NCBI GenBank assembly: GCA_030647555.1
Contig: JAUSJG010000004.1
Coordinates: forward strand, 36,661 to 100,660
DNA length: 64,000 bases
Direction: 5' to 3'
From: a bacterium
GTDB taxonomy: Bacteria > Patescibacteriota > Andersenbacteria > UBA10190 > CAIZMI01
The translations under genes were made by a program, and so were the position numbers. The notes below the pieces were generated by a model. It was given only the letters and a program-made list of their open reading frames with translations, searched no databases and was not told the DNA's origin. Of the stretch, positions 30,990-41,129 are shown piece by piece. Every line of letters begins with the position of its first letter. The first letter of the stretch is position 1.

Positions 30990-33900
30990 ATAACAATAAT
31001 GATTGGGCTTGATTAGGAATAATAATCGTCTCTTCTTCGGCTACAGCCTCGCGAGCCAGGGCTATCAGTTCTTTAAGGTTATCATTATACGGCTTTTGGT
31101 TTCGGTGCGCCTTCGCGACATCTCTCACAAGATTATCCATTTTACTGTTGAGCAAGTGATTGTGGGTGTTAAAAGCATTACCCACCAGATCTATTTCCTC
31201 CAGCGTGTAATTATGGTCGTGCATAATCCGCAATATCATCGCTTTTTGCCCCGTCGGCAATGACGCTTCTTCGTTGCCGATCGAGAAATTTGTCGGTATG
31301 TCGGCCACCTCTTTCAGTTTAATCTTATCAAGAGTTAGCTTATCGACATCCCTGCGATTGTCGGTTTCATTGGTTCTAATTAATCGTAAAGCTTCCAGGA
31401 CCGGCATAGCGCTACGCTCCTCGCCGTTTCGGTTCATTTTAATGAATTGAGGTATCAGTTTTTCATGGTCTTTGTAAAGTTCGCTTAATGCTAAAACCTC
31501 CGGCAATAATTCATCCTTTTTCGTTGGTAAAACAGCCCACTTGCCTTTTGGGATGTTATAAATTGACTGCTTGTATTCTTCTGTTTTTTCCGTGTCATTC
31601 GCAAACTGTTTCAAATCGTGCACAAAGTCGTCTTCGGCAAGTAAAAAGTCACCTGCTTCTTCAGCGAGCTGATAAGCCCTAAGCCTCTTTTGTTCGTCGT
31701 CGCTGTAAATCTCAATAAACTCCATCGGGTTAGCTGTTTCCCCCAGCACCGACTGATCAATTCCGATTGTGCTATTAATTAATTCAATTTTTCCCTCCAA
31801 TCTTTTTACCAGTCTTAAATATGCCTCTAGTTTTTTATCGGGGCTCATATTAAAAATAATTATTTTCGCGTATTCCGATCCAAGCCGGTTCACGCGCCCG
31901 TTGCGTTGTATCATACGCACGGGATTCCAGTGCAGGTCATAATTAATAATTGTTCCGCAGTCTTGCAGATTTTGCCCTTCAGAGAGAATATCTGTTGAAA
32001 ACAAATAACGCAATTCACCCTTGTTTTTATCGCATTGCTTGTAATGTTTGGCAATTGGCGCGAAACGTCCCGCAAGGTCTGTCGCCTCGTCACGATTTTT
32101 TCCAGTAAGAAAGCCTGCGTTTGTTTCATTCACCAAACCACCCGACGCGACTTGTATGTTTGCTTTTAAATATTCCACAGTATCAGAAAAGTAAGAAAAT
32201 ACCAGTACTTTTTCCCCCGCCGGTTTTGTTTTGTTCAGCTCCACTAAAACATTTGCCAACTTGGCCAATTTTGTGTCGCCTTGTTTAAACAACAAAAGAC
32301 AATCTGAAATAATCTTTATAATTTCTTTTTCCATGGTTATGTCTTTCTTAAATGCCTCCACGTTGTATTTGTTTTCATCTACCTCGTCTTGAACATGCTT
32401 TTCCAAAAGTTCGGCATCCACATCACTCAAATCTTCCTCGTCTTCATCACGCATCGCGTCACACAGAACATCAAGATCTTTCATTGCTAATATTTTTTCT
32501 TGCTTAAGCCCCTTTTCAAACATAACGAGATTGTTTTCGTATTTTTTCAATGATTTTTCGATGGCGTACACTGAAGATTCCATGCGTTTTAAAAAGATAG
32601 TGCGAAAAATGCCGTAAATGCCACGTTGTTGTTGGAGCGCTTTGCTTTGTTCGGCAGGCAAACGCATTTCTTTTATTTGTTCTTTGGTTTTTCCATAATA
32701 TCTTGTTTGATAAATACGCCACCGATACGGAATAAAGCCCAACATCAGAATCATTTGATATACAAAATAAACGGGAGATTCATTAGTCAGATCAGCTTCT
32801 GAATAAACTCGCTCCGCCAGTTCCAGTTGATCCAAAGGATGCATAAGCATACTGCATTTTTCCACGATATCCTCGGGTTTCCTGCTGTAAACAGACAACA
32901 AATCAATCTGTTGTGACTTGTTCTCCATAATTTTTTTGGTCATTTCCGGTGGCAAATGATAATTGGCGTTTTGGGGATCTGCCTTGGGAAATTCGTATTC
33001 TTTTCCGTTTATAATTAGTTTTCCGTATTCTTTTTCAATACCCTGACGCGTTCGACGCACAACAAGGGTGCGAATAATCGGAGCCATGATTTGCTTAATT
33101 TCTGCATAATCCGGCATTTCCTCTTTATTAAGTTTGCGATTGATTTTATTTTGCAAATCAGCTACGGCCTGAAAAAAATCTTTCATCTCGCTTTGTCCGG
33201 TTTTCCGATCAACAGTCATCACCTTATCCACAACATCCCCTCTGCCTCTTGTGCCAAGTATCAGCTGTCTACTTAAGTCTTGAATTTCGTTATTGATTGG
33301 TGTGGCGGTTAATAAAAGCACATCAGCTTTTTTGTTATTTCTAATCCAATTTAATAACGCATTGTATCTGGTACCGCCGGTTTTTCTTAGGTTATGTGAT
33401 TCATCAACAACAAACAACGACACAGAAGCCAAATCATCAAGTTTTTGCTCTTCTTTCATTGCGTTAATATTTTGAAGGATCACGGGTTTCAGATGCATCA
33501 CACCGGAGTTTATTAATTCTGCTTTCCATTGTTCCTCCAATGACTTCGGACATACCACGATTACCCGCTTCTTACCCTCCTCACTATCAAGATAATGTTT
33601 CATAACTTCGATTGCCGTGTATGTTTTTCCCAACCCCACCGAATCGGAAAGCATCGCTACGTGATATTTTTCCAGCTTTCTAAGTAACTGTTGAACATTT
33701 CTTTTTTGGAATTCCATTAACTCATAACTTTTATCCGTACTTTCCTTGAGAGCAACATCCTCTAGTTCGTCTTTGTAGAGTTCGTAAAGGGTTTTTATGT
33801 ATGTTTCATATGGACTGAATAATACGTCGCCAACAGGAGACATTTCCAGAATCTCAATAAATTTTCCGTTCCAATTTTCCGTTGTCGGGTCATTCCATAA

Positions 33901-34452
33901 TTGATCAAACCAAAACAAGTGCCCCACTTCTTGTTGCTCCGATTGCGGTTGAAAGGTTACAATCCGCGAGTCCTCTTCGATATCATTTAATTCCGTATTC
34001 ACCGTTAGACCATTTTTGGTAAAATTTGACGAGCCGATTATGCCAACCGCTTCATTTGATTTATAATCGCCAAAAACATAACACTTGGCGTGTAAAAATG
34101 TTTTTCGATAGACTTTAACTTCCAGTTTTCCCGCGCTGATTAATGCTTTTATTTGAATTACAACTTCCTTGAGTTTTTTGTCTTGAATAATATTTTCTAA
34201 ATCGTGAAAAATATCCTTGTCTGGAAAATCCGGTTCTGGGGCACTTATTGCGTGTCGAGGAATAAGGGGTTCGCGTCCTATCAATAATCGGATTTTATCC
34301 AAATTTTTTATTTTATCAATAAGCAGAGCGGTGCCGGGCAAATCCCAATAGCCTGTCGCTATTGATACTTGTTTGAAGTTTGGCATTATCTCGCAAATTA
34401 CATCTGCGAGTTTGTGTCTGCTATTGTCGATAATTTGGGGTATTTTAGGCAT
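30970..34452 (-). CDS. PLD nuclease fused to SNF2-like helicase
   Basis: IATGYW, HAKCY...GSSNFT..GL..N.ELN (PLD); DSVGLGKT, VVDESH, LLTATP, SEGQNLQ, QRNGRVNR. Confidence 0.92.
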   Translation of the reverse strand: MPKIPQIIDNSRHKLADVICEIMPNFKQVSIATGYWDLPGTALLIDKIKNLDKIRLLIGREPLIPRHAISAPEPDFPDKDIFHDLENIIQDKKLKEVVIQIKALISAGKLEVKVYRKTFLHAKCYVFGDYKSNEAVGIIGSSNFTKNGLTVNTELNDIEEDSRIVTFQPQSEQQEVGHLFWFDQLWNDPTTENWNGKFIEILEMSPVGDVLFSPYETYIKTLYELYKDELEDVALKESTDKSYELMEFQKRNVQQLLRKLEKYHVAMLSDSVGLGKTYTAIEVMKHYLDSEEGKKRVIVVCPKSLEEQWKAELINSGVMHLKPVILQNINAMKEEQKLDDLASVSLFVVDESHNLRKTGGTRYNALLNWIRNNKKADVLLLTATPINNEIQDLSRQLILGTRGRGDVVDKVMTVDRKTGQSEMKDFFQAVADLQNKINRKLNKEEMPDYAEIKQIMAPIIRTLVVRRTRQGIEKEYGKLIINGKEYEFPKADPQNANYHLPPEMTKKIMENKSQQIDLLSVYSRKPEDIVEKCSMLMHPLDQLELAERVYSEADLTNESPVYFVYQMILMLGFIPYRWRIYQTRYYGKTKEQIKEMRLPAEQSKALQQQRGIYGIFRTIFLKRMESSVYAIEKSLKKYENNLVMFEKGLKQEKILAMKDLDVLCDAMRDEDEEDLSDVDAELLEKHVQDEVDENKYNVEAFKKDITMEKEIIKIISDCLLLFKQGDTKLAKLANVLVELNKTKPAGEKVLVFSYFSDTVEYLKANIQVASGGLVNETNAGFLTGKNRDEATDLAGRFAPIAKHYKQCDKNKGELRYLFSTDILSEGQNLQDCGTIINYDLHWNPVRMIQRNGRVNRLGSEYAKIIIFNMSPDKKLEAYLRLVKRLEGKIELINSTIGIDQSVLGETANPMEFIEIYSDDEQKRLRAYQLAEEAGDFLLAEDDFVHDLKQFANDTEKTEEYKQSIYNIPKGKWAVLPTKKDELLPEVLALSELYKDHEKLIPQFIKMNRNGEERSAMPVLEALRLIRTNETDNRRDVDKLTLDKIKLKEVADIPTNFSIGNEEASLPTGQKAMILRIMHDHNYTLEEIDLVGNAFNTHNHLLNSKMDNLVRDVAKAHRNQKPYNDNLKELIALAREAVAEEETIIIPNQAQSLLLYARENK

Positions 34453-34633
34453 TGATAATCACTAATTCTCAAAAAATTATTTCAAAGACTATGCAATTAA
34501 ATTACTCTCATTGGACGGTATAATCAACCATTCTGTATGTAGTATTTGGCATATTGGAGCAACAGACACCTCCTGTATCAAAGTCTTGTCTTGTTCTTTG
34601 ACAACAACCGGTGGTTTTTGTTACATTTCCAAC

Positions 34634-34796
34634 TGAAGCATGCAATAATACCTTAAGAGGCGCTGGGGTGTTCCCTCGGAGATTCCGGGGCTTAAGCTCC
34701 AGATAACCACCTCTCAAGACGCTGCTTCTACTAGAAGATGATAAATTTGGATCGGGGCGTCCCCGGTCGGCAAGGGGTCCCGCAAGGGACTTTTTG
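34634..34796 (+). ncRNA. candidate structured small RNA
   Basis: TTGACA (34598) and TG-TACATT (34622) promoter, long irregular stem, hairpin GATCGGGG/CCCCGGTC, terminator GTCCC-GCAA-GGGAC-TTTTT. Confidence 0.45.
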
Positions 34797-34967
34797 TTAT
34801 TATGGGAATACTTTGTATCCATATCCATCAACCTTTCCGTTGTTGGAAATGGCTACTTCTGATACCCATATACTACATACCAAATACAAGATACTCCGTG
34901 CGCTGGACAAAATTCTTATTATCGTTTAATCTGCTTAAGTCAATTAAAGTAATCATTTCTCACCCAT

Positions 34968-35246
34968 ATGGCACATAAAAAAGCTGGAGGTTCAACCGCG
35001 CTGGGTCGCGATTCGCAAGGGCAACGCCTTGGCGTTAAAATTTATGGCGGTTCCAAGGTTACAGCCGGGGCGATTATTGTTCGTCAACGCGGATCAGGCT
35101 ATCGCGCCGGTACCAATGTAAAAATCGGCAAAGACGATACGCTTTATGCGCGCGTAGCCGGAATTGTGAAGTTTCAACAAAAGAAATTGCGGTCATTCCA
35201 CGGCAAGACTATCATTCGAAGTCTAGTACACGTGTTGAGCAAATAA
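34968..35246 (+). CDS. rpmA: 50S ribosomal protein L27
   Basis: [20 protein letters not shown]. Confidence 0.98.
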   Translation: MAHKKAGGSTALGRDSQGQRLGVKIYGGSKVTAGAIIVRQRGSGYRAGTNVKIGKDDTLYARVAGIVKFQQKKLRSFHGKTIIRSLVHVLSK

Positions 35247-35255
35247 TCTCAACTA

Positions 35256-35281
35256 AAGGACAGCCATTGGGCTGTTTTTTA
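35256..35281 (+). terminator. intrinsic terminator after rpmA
   Basis: ACAGCC-ATTG-GGCTGT followed by a T tract. Confidence 0.65.
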
Positions 35282-35429
35282 GCAAATACACGACGGAATC
35301 CCTCCCCGCCTCCCTTTGAACAAAGGGAGGAATCGCGACGTTTCCCTCCTTTGTTCAAAATTGCACACGCCTCGGCGGTGTTGCCCTGATGGGCTAAAGG
35401 GCGGGGGTGGATTATTCGAAAATAATATA

Positions 35430-37109
35430 TTAACTTCTATCTTTGATGGCCGCTTTAATAAACCCATCAAAAAGCGGGTGCGGTACGTTTGGGCGACTGT
35501 TAAATTCCGGGTGGAATTGTACCGCCACGAAGAACGGATGGTCTTTAAGTTCAACAATTTCCACGAGGTTATTATCAGGTGTTGTGCCGGAAATTATTAG
35601 CCCTTTTGCCTCGAGTGTTTCGCGGTAGTCGTTATTGAATTCGAAGCGGTGGCGGTGGCGTTCGGTGATTTCCTTCTTTCCGTATAATTCACGCGCCCTA
35701 GACCCGTTTTTGAGGCTACAAGGCCAGGCACCAAGACGCATTGTGCCACCCTTACGGTCGATTCCCTTTTGGCTTTCCATGATGTGAATTACTTGGTTGG
35801 CGGATTTTGGATTGAATTCTTCACTGGCGGCGTCGGCAATACCTGCAACATTGCGGGCAAACTCAATTGTTGCCAGTTGCATGCCAAGACAAAGACCTAA
35901 ATACGGAATATTGTTTTCACGGGCATATTGAATTGCTTGGATTTTTCCTTCCGTGCCACGTTTTCCAAAACCGCCCGGAACAACCATTCCTGCCACTTTT
36001 TTTAAAGTTTTTACAGAAAGTTTTTTCTTTTCAATTTCTTCCGCGTCCACCCAAACTATTTCTAAATCACGCCCGTTATTCCAGCAAGCGGCCTTCAAAG
36101 CTTCGGTCATGCTCATATATGTATCTTTCATCTCGAGATACTTCCCTACTATCGCAATCTTTAATTTCGGTTTTTTTTGCTTGATTATTTTGACTAATTT
36201 TTCCCAATGCCCGTTCTTGAATTTCGCTTTTTGTTCAATGTTAAAATGTTTGAGAATTAATTTGTCCAACCCATATTCCTGCATTAAGAGTGGAGCTTCG
36301 TAAACAGAGTCCAATGTTGGCATAGGAACGATGGCGTCCGGCGTAACATTTGTAAACTGTGCCAGCTTTCCAATAATCTTTTCCGGAATCGGATAATCAC
36401 TGCGAACAATTAAAACATCCGGTTGAATGCCGATGTTGCGCAAATCGCGGACGCTGTTTTGCGCGGGCTTGGATTTTACTTCTCCGCTTGCTTCAAGGTG
36501 TGGCAAGAACACTAAATGGACATATAAAACGTTGTCGCGACCCACATCAAGATGTAACTGACGCATTGCCTCATGAAAAACGACACCCTCGTAATCGCCA
36601 ACAGTGCCGCCGATTTCGACGATATGAATATCATAGTCCGCACTTTGAGCGGCTTTCCAAAGTAGAGATTTGATCATGTCTGTTACTTGCGGAATAACCT
36701 GGACGGTTTTGCCTAAGTACAAGCCTTTCCTTTCATTGTCGATAACCGCCGCATAAATGCGTCCGGCCATCACCGACGAATCTCGTGTCAATTTTTCATC
36801 CAAAAATCGTTCATAGTGTCCCAGATCCAAATCCGTTTCGCCACCATCATCCGTAACAAAGCACTCGCCATGCTCTCCCGGATTGAGTGTTCCCGCGTCG
36901 CTATTCAAATACGGATCGAATTTTTGGATATTAACCTTAAAACCCTGTCGTTTTAAGATATTTCCCATTGATGCGCAGGCGATTCCTTTTCCCAGGCCGG
37001 AAAGTACACCGCCTGTAACGACAATAATTTTTGGGTTTTTATTATCAGTCGAAGAACCGCGAGCTTTATTGGTGACTTGCGGGTTGGTTTCTTTTATATT
37101 TTGGGGCAT
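35430..37109 (-). CDS. pyrG: CTP synthase
   Basis: VTGGVLSGLGKG, KFDPYLN, GLCLGMQ, RHRHRFE, QFHPEF; start MPQ at 37109. Confidence 0.98.
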   Translation of the reverse strand: MPQNIKETNPQVTNKARGSSTDNKNPKIIVVTGGVLSGLGKGIACASMGNILKRQGFKVNIQKFDPYLNSDAGTLNPGEHGECFVTDDGGETDLDLGHYERFLDEKLTRDSSVMAGRIYAAVIDNERKGLYLGKTVQVIPQVTDMIKSLLWKAAQSADYDIHIVEIGGTVGDYEGVVFHEAMRQLHLDVGRDNVLYVHLVFLPHLEASGEVKSKPAQNSVRDLRNIGIQPDVLIVRSDYPIPEKIIGKLAQFTNVTPDAIVPMPTLDSVYEAPLLMQEYGLDKLILKHFNIEQKAKFKNGHWEKLVKIIKQKKPKLKIAIVGKYLEMKDTYMSMTEALKAACWNNGRDLEIVWVDAEEIEKKKLSVKTLKKVAGMVVPGGFGKRGTEGKIQAIQYARENNIPYLGLCLGMQLATIEFARNVAGIADAASEEFNPKSANQVIHIMESQKGIDRKGGTMRLGAWPCSLKNGSRARELYGKKEITERHRHRFEFNNDYRETLEAKGLIISGTTPDNNLVEIVELKDHPFFVAVQFHPEFNSRPNVPHPLFDGFIKAAIKDRS

Positions 37110-37135
37110 GGGATGTAGAAGTTTAATTTCTATTA

Positions 37136-37314
37136 GGGCTTGGTAATTAATAAACGCTTCAATATTATGTTTAATACGCTTCAAAGACGACTGACTTTGA
37201 TTGAACAAAATCTTGAAACGTACTTAACGTACGTTGAAAGATTTTTGATTGAGAAGCAGTTGTATTTGAAGATGGATTGGACATAAGATGAACCGTTTAT
37301 TAATTACTAAGCCC
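37136..37314. mobile_element. MITE copy 2 (179 bp, TTA direct repeat)
   Basis: GGGCTTGGTAATTAATAAAC ... GTTTATTAATTACTAAGCCC flanked by TTA; diverged reverse complement of 7969-8146. Confidence 0.85.
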
Positions 37315-37789
37315 TTATCTTCGCGGATTTATCTTCTTCACCTTCGACGACAACAATCACGTCCGCCTCGAGTGCGTGAGGAAATTCCAGATGCACCGGC
37401 GTTTCGCCGATTTGCTTAATTGGACTCTTAAGACGAACAACGCTTTTAGACAACTTGGTTCCTATGGCCTTCTCAATTTCTACCGTAATATCCTTAGCGG
37501 AAATAGAACCAAACGCTTGTCCTTCCGGACCAACTTTCAACTTCATTGGGATTGTTTTTCCATCAATAGAGTCTACTTGTTTTTGTACTTCTTCTAAAAG
37601 CATCTTTTGTTCCTCTTGTTTCTTTGCAGCCTTCTTTTCAACTTCCTTAACACGTCCATCAGTGGCTTGTGCCGCTAAACCATTAGTAAACAAATAATTA
37701 CGTGCGTATCCTTCGCTCACATTAACCACATCGCCGGCCAATCCGACATTTTTTACGTTTTCTAACAAAACTACATTGATATCAGTCAT
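37307..37789 (-). CDS. rplI: 50S ribosomal protein L9
   Basis: VVLLENVKNVGLAGDVVNVSEGYARNYL, FGSIS, PIKQIG. Confidence 0.96.
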   Translation of the reverse strand: MTDINVVLLENVKNVGLAGDVVNVSEGYARNYLFTNGLAAQATDGRVKEVEKKAAKKQEEQKMLLEEVQKQVDSIDGKTIPMKLKVGPEGQAFGSISAKDITVEIEKAIGTKLSKSVVRLKSPIKQIGETPVHLEFPHALEADVIVVVEGEEDKSAKIRA

Positions 37790-37864
37790 GGGAAAAATAT
37801 AACACTATGGGTATACACAATGCAATAAGGAGTCAAGAGAGGTTGTTTTTGCATTTTAACACAT

Positions 37865-38025
37865 CAAATTATCAATTTTCAATGACCAATTTTCAATTAA
37901 TTATCCAACCTTCGCTAAAGCTTCGGTTGGCAGGCAATGGCTCAATTAGTTGAGTTACGGCGTCGTCTTTTGATAATTATAAAATTGAACATTCATTGAT
38001 AATTGGTCATTGAAAATTGATAATT
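37865..38025. repeat. 7-nt-periodic inverted repeat (CAATTAT/CAATTTT unit) with embedded REP at 37905-37935
   Basis: mirror arms, close relative at 60381-60507; embedded CCAACCTTCGCTAAAGCTTCGGTTGGCAGGC. Confidence 0.75.
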
Positions 38026-38043
38026 AACACTCGAGGATTTGAT

Positions 38044-39267
38044 CTATCGAGAATTTTCTATCTCAGTTTGTAGAACGCCAACCGCCTTATCCAATTGCAC
38101 GTCAATTTTGTCCGTTGAATCTTGGTCATCAACTTCAATGTCGGGCGTGATGCCTTTTTCATGAATGGCGTCGCCTTTTGGCATAAACCATTTGGCAATC
38201 GTCACGCGCAGACTGGAGCCATCGCTAAGGCTGATCATTTCCTGAACCGAACCTTTTCCAAAAGATTTTTCACCGATGATTTTAATTCCACGATTATCCC
38301 GCAAGGCCCCCGCAAGAATTTCCGACGCAGACGCCGACCCGCCATTCAATAAAACAATGGTTGGAATTTTGTTCAGCTCCCCCGGACCCATGGAATAATG
38401 GGTGACGGTTTTTTTAGGATCAATAGGAATTTCCTTCACCACGACGTCTCCCGTTTTTAGGAAGTGGCCGGCGATTTCCACGGCGCCATCCAAAACTCCT
38501 CCCGGGTCGTTGCGCATATCCAAAACAATTCCTTTTACGCGCGCTTGCGAAAGTTGTTTTACAATTTCCTTAAATTTTACGGCCGTATCTTCATGAAAAA
38601 CCGACAAATTAATAATACCGATGCCATCTTTTATCTCAAGCGTGACGCTTTTTAACACGATATTGTCTCGCTTTATCGTAATCTCAATCGTTCCGTCTTG
38701 TTTTTCACGAATAATTTTCAATTTTACTTCCGTACCAACGGGACCGCGAATTCGATTGGCAATTTCCGTGATCGATTCGTCCTGTTTAATTATTTTATCA
38801 TCAATCGCGATGATGTAGTCGCCCGCCTTTACGCCCGCTTTTTGTGCCGGCGAATCTTTTAACGGCGCCACGACTGTCACAAGATCGTTTTTGATGGAAA
38901 TTTCCACGCCTATTCCGGAAAATTGACCGCTAAGTTCCTCGGCAAATTGTTTTGTTTCTTCCTTGTTGGCGTAGGCGGAAAACGGATCGTCTAATCCGGA
39001 AACAAGACCCTTTAAAATTCCATCCGAAAGATTTTCATCTTTGATCGGGCTGACATATTTTTTGTGAACAATCTCCCATACTTCATTGATTAAATCGGTA
39101 CTAATCGCCCTGGGTAATTCACGAGAAAAAATGCTGGGCCGTGTAAATGAAGCATTGTTGGCAGTGGGTGCGAGATTATTTTTGCCGACACTTGTGCCAA
39201 TAAAAAAAGCGACTACAACTAATAAAATATAACCAATACGATGTAGTTTTTGGAAATTAATTGTCAT
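38044..39267 (-). CDS. ctpA: S41 carboxyl-terminal processing protease
   Basis: PDZ (GIGVEI), DMRNDPGG, SASASEI, FGKGSVQ, GITPD. Confidence 0.93.
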   Translation of the reverse strand: MTINFQKLHRIGYILLVVVAFFIGTSVGKNNLAPTANNASFTRPSIFSRELPRAISTDLINEVWEIVHKKYVSPIKDENLSDGILKGLVSGLDDPFSAYANKEETKQFAEELSGQFSGIGVEISIKNDLVTVVAPLKDSPAQKAGVKAGDYIIAIDDKIIKQDESITEIANRIRGPVGTEVKLKIIREKQDGTIEITIKRDNIVLKSVTLEIKDGIGIINLSVFHEDTAVKFKEIVKQLSQARVKGIVLDMRNDPGGVLDGAVEIAGHFLKTGDVVVKEIPIDPKKTVTHYSMGPGELNKIPTIVLLNGGSASASEILAGALRDNRGIKIIGEKSFGKGSVQEMISLSDGSSLRVTIAKWFMPKGDAIHEKGITPDIEVDDQDSTDKIDVQLDKAVGVLQTEIENSR

Positions 39268-41053
39268 TGGCTTTGGGAAGTGTAACGGCGATATGTAATT
39301 CCTTAAGTTGTTTTTCAGAAACTTCCGAAGGTGCGCTCATCATCGCGTCTTGGGCCTTACCGTTCTTGGGGAACGCATAAATATCGCGAATACTTGTCAT
39401 ATCCCAGAGAACCATCATTAGGCGATCAATACCGGGCGCGCACCCACCGTGTGGTGGTGCACCAAACTTAAAGGCCGAAATCATTCCACCAAAACGTTTT
39501 TCAACTTCTTCCTTAGTGTAACCGGCGATTTCAAACGCTTTGTACATAATTTCCGGTTCGTGGTTTCGGATTGCGCCGGAGCTTATTTCAAAACCGTTCA
39601 AGACAAAATCATACTGGTACGCCAAGATTTTCAACGGATCTTGTTCGTTTAATGCTTTCATCCCACCTTGGGGCATCGAAAATGGGTTATGTGAAAAATC
39701 AATTTTGTTTTCTTCCTTGTTGAATTCGTACATCGGGAAATCCACCACCCAGCACCAAGCGGCCTTTTTGGGATCTTTCAGACCGAGCAAGTCGGCAGTG
39801 GCGATTCTTACCTGCCCAAGTGAACTGCACGTTTTTAGCCACTCACCCGCCCCAAAGAATAAGCCATCACCGTCAACGGCACCAGCTTTTTCAATCAATT
39901 TTTTTGTAAGATCTTCACCCAAGTATTTATCGATCGGTGACGCCGGCTTTCCGTCTTTAATTAAAATATAGGCCAAGCCGTTTGCGCCGGAAGCCCTCGC
40001 TTTTTCGGTTAAACCATCTATTTCACTGCGTGTGAATTTTGCGCCACCCGTTACATGCAACATTTTTACCACGCCGTCATTTTTTATAACATCAGAAAAC
40101 ACTTTAAATCCGCAATCTTTTACCATTTCCGAAACATCGTAAATTTTTAGATCATAACGTAGATCGGGTTTATCAATCCCATATGTATTCATCGCGTCGT
40201 GCCAGGTAATGCGCGGAAACGGTGCCTGGAGAACAGTTTTTTCACTAAACTCATTTGTGAGTTCAATCATTAATGGCTCAATCATTTGAAAAACGTCTTC
40301 TTGTTCCACAAAACTCATTTCCATATCGAGTTGATAGAATTCTCCGGGATGCCGATCGGCCCGAGGATCTTCATCACGGAAACACGGCGCGATTTGGAAA
40401 TAACGGTCAAAACCGGCCACCATTAATAATTGCTTGAATTGTTGTGGCGCTTGCGGTAGCGCATAAAATTTTCCCGGATAAAGCCGGCTGGGTACTAAAA
40501 AGTCACGGGCGCCTTCGGGGGATGAATTAGTTAAAATCGGCGTTTGTACTTCCGTAAAGTCATTTTTGTGCATATATTGTCGAATGTATGTAATCAATTC
40601 GTCACGACGCTTTAATAAATCTTGCAGTCGTCGATGTCGCAAATCAAGGAAACGATATTTCAGACGAATTTCTTCGTTGGCATTGCTTTCGCCCGCAATT
40701 TCAAATGGCAGGTTTTCGCAAGTGCTCAAAATTTCCGCCGATTTTACTTCAATCTCAATTTCACCCGTTGAAAGGTTCTTATTAATCATATTTGCCGGAC
40801 GCGCCGTGACTTCGCCGGAAATTTTAATTACATATTCATTTCTTAGCTTGTTGCCCAGTTCAAAAATTTCCTTTCCCGATTCTTGGCGAAAAGTAAGTTG
40901 GGTTATACCGTAACGATCTCGCAAATCAATAAAAATAACGCCGCCGTGATCACGGCGAGTATTCACCCAACCGGCCAAATTTACCGTTTCACCGACCTGC
41001 TCTTTTCTTAGGGCCCCACAATCGTGGGTGCGAATGGAAGTTTTGGTAGTCAT
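39257..41053 (-). CDS. aspS: aspartate--tRNA ligase
   Basis: RTHDCG, RRDHGGVIFIDLRD, CFRDED, PPHGGCAPGIDR. Confidence 0.98.
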   Translation of the reverse strand: MTTKTSIRTHDCGALRKEQVGETVNLAGWVNTRRDHGGVIFIDLRDRYGITQLTFRQESGKEIFELGNKLRNEYVIKISGEVTARPANMINKNLSTGEIEIEVKSAEILSTCENLPFEIAGESNANEEIRLKYRFLDLRHRRLQDLLKRRDELITYIRQYMHKNDFTEVQTPILTNSSPEGARDFLVPSRLYPGKFYALPQAPQQFKQLLMVAGFDRYFQIAPCFRDEDPRADRHPGEFYQLDMEMSFVEQEDVFQMIEPLMIELTNEFSEKTVLQAPFPRITWHDAMNTYGIDKPDLRYDLKIYDVSEMVKDCGFKVFSDVIKNDGVVKMLHVTGGAKFTRSEIDGLTEKARASGANGLAYILIKDGKPASPIDKYLGEDLTKKLIEKAGAVDGDGLFFGAGEWLKTCSSLGQVRIATADLLGLKDPKKAAWCWVVDFPMYEFNKEENKIDFSHNPFSMPQGGMKALNEQDPLKILAYQYDFVLNGFEISSGAIRNHEPEIMYKAFEIAGYTKEEVEKRFGGMISAFKFGAPPHGGCAPGIDRLMMVLWDMTSIRDIYAFPKNGKAQDAMMSAPSEVSEKQLKELHIAVTLPKANDN

Positions 41054-41061
41054 TGCTTAAA

Positions 41062-41090
41062 AGGATAGCGTAAGACCGAAGTCAGTACAA
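41062..41090 (-). promoter_or_regulatory. sigma70-like promoter of aspS
   Basis: TTGTAC-N17-TATCCT, 8 nt before ATG. Confidence 0.55.
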
Positions 41091-41129
41091 GGAAATTTAT
41101 CTTCAGTCTTCCAGTAGCGAAGATCTCCT

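Noticed and set aside
27882-34452. Assignment to DISARM or BREX
   Set aside because: DUF1998/DrmA and PglZ/BrxC components are not visible in the locus
34508-34831. 107-aa minus-strand ORF upstream of the helicase
   Set aside because: Runs through hairpins and repeat arms, has no recognisable motif, and is better explained as a structured non-coding segment
37110-37208. N-terminal extensions of pyrG and other ORF-track starts (priA, def, grpE, cysS, dnaB, M23)
   Set aside because: Extensions run through the MITE, neighbouring genes or promoters; internal starts fit family N-termini and -10 spacing better
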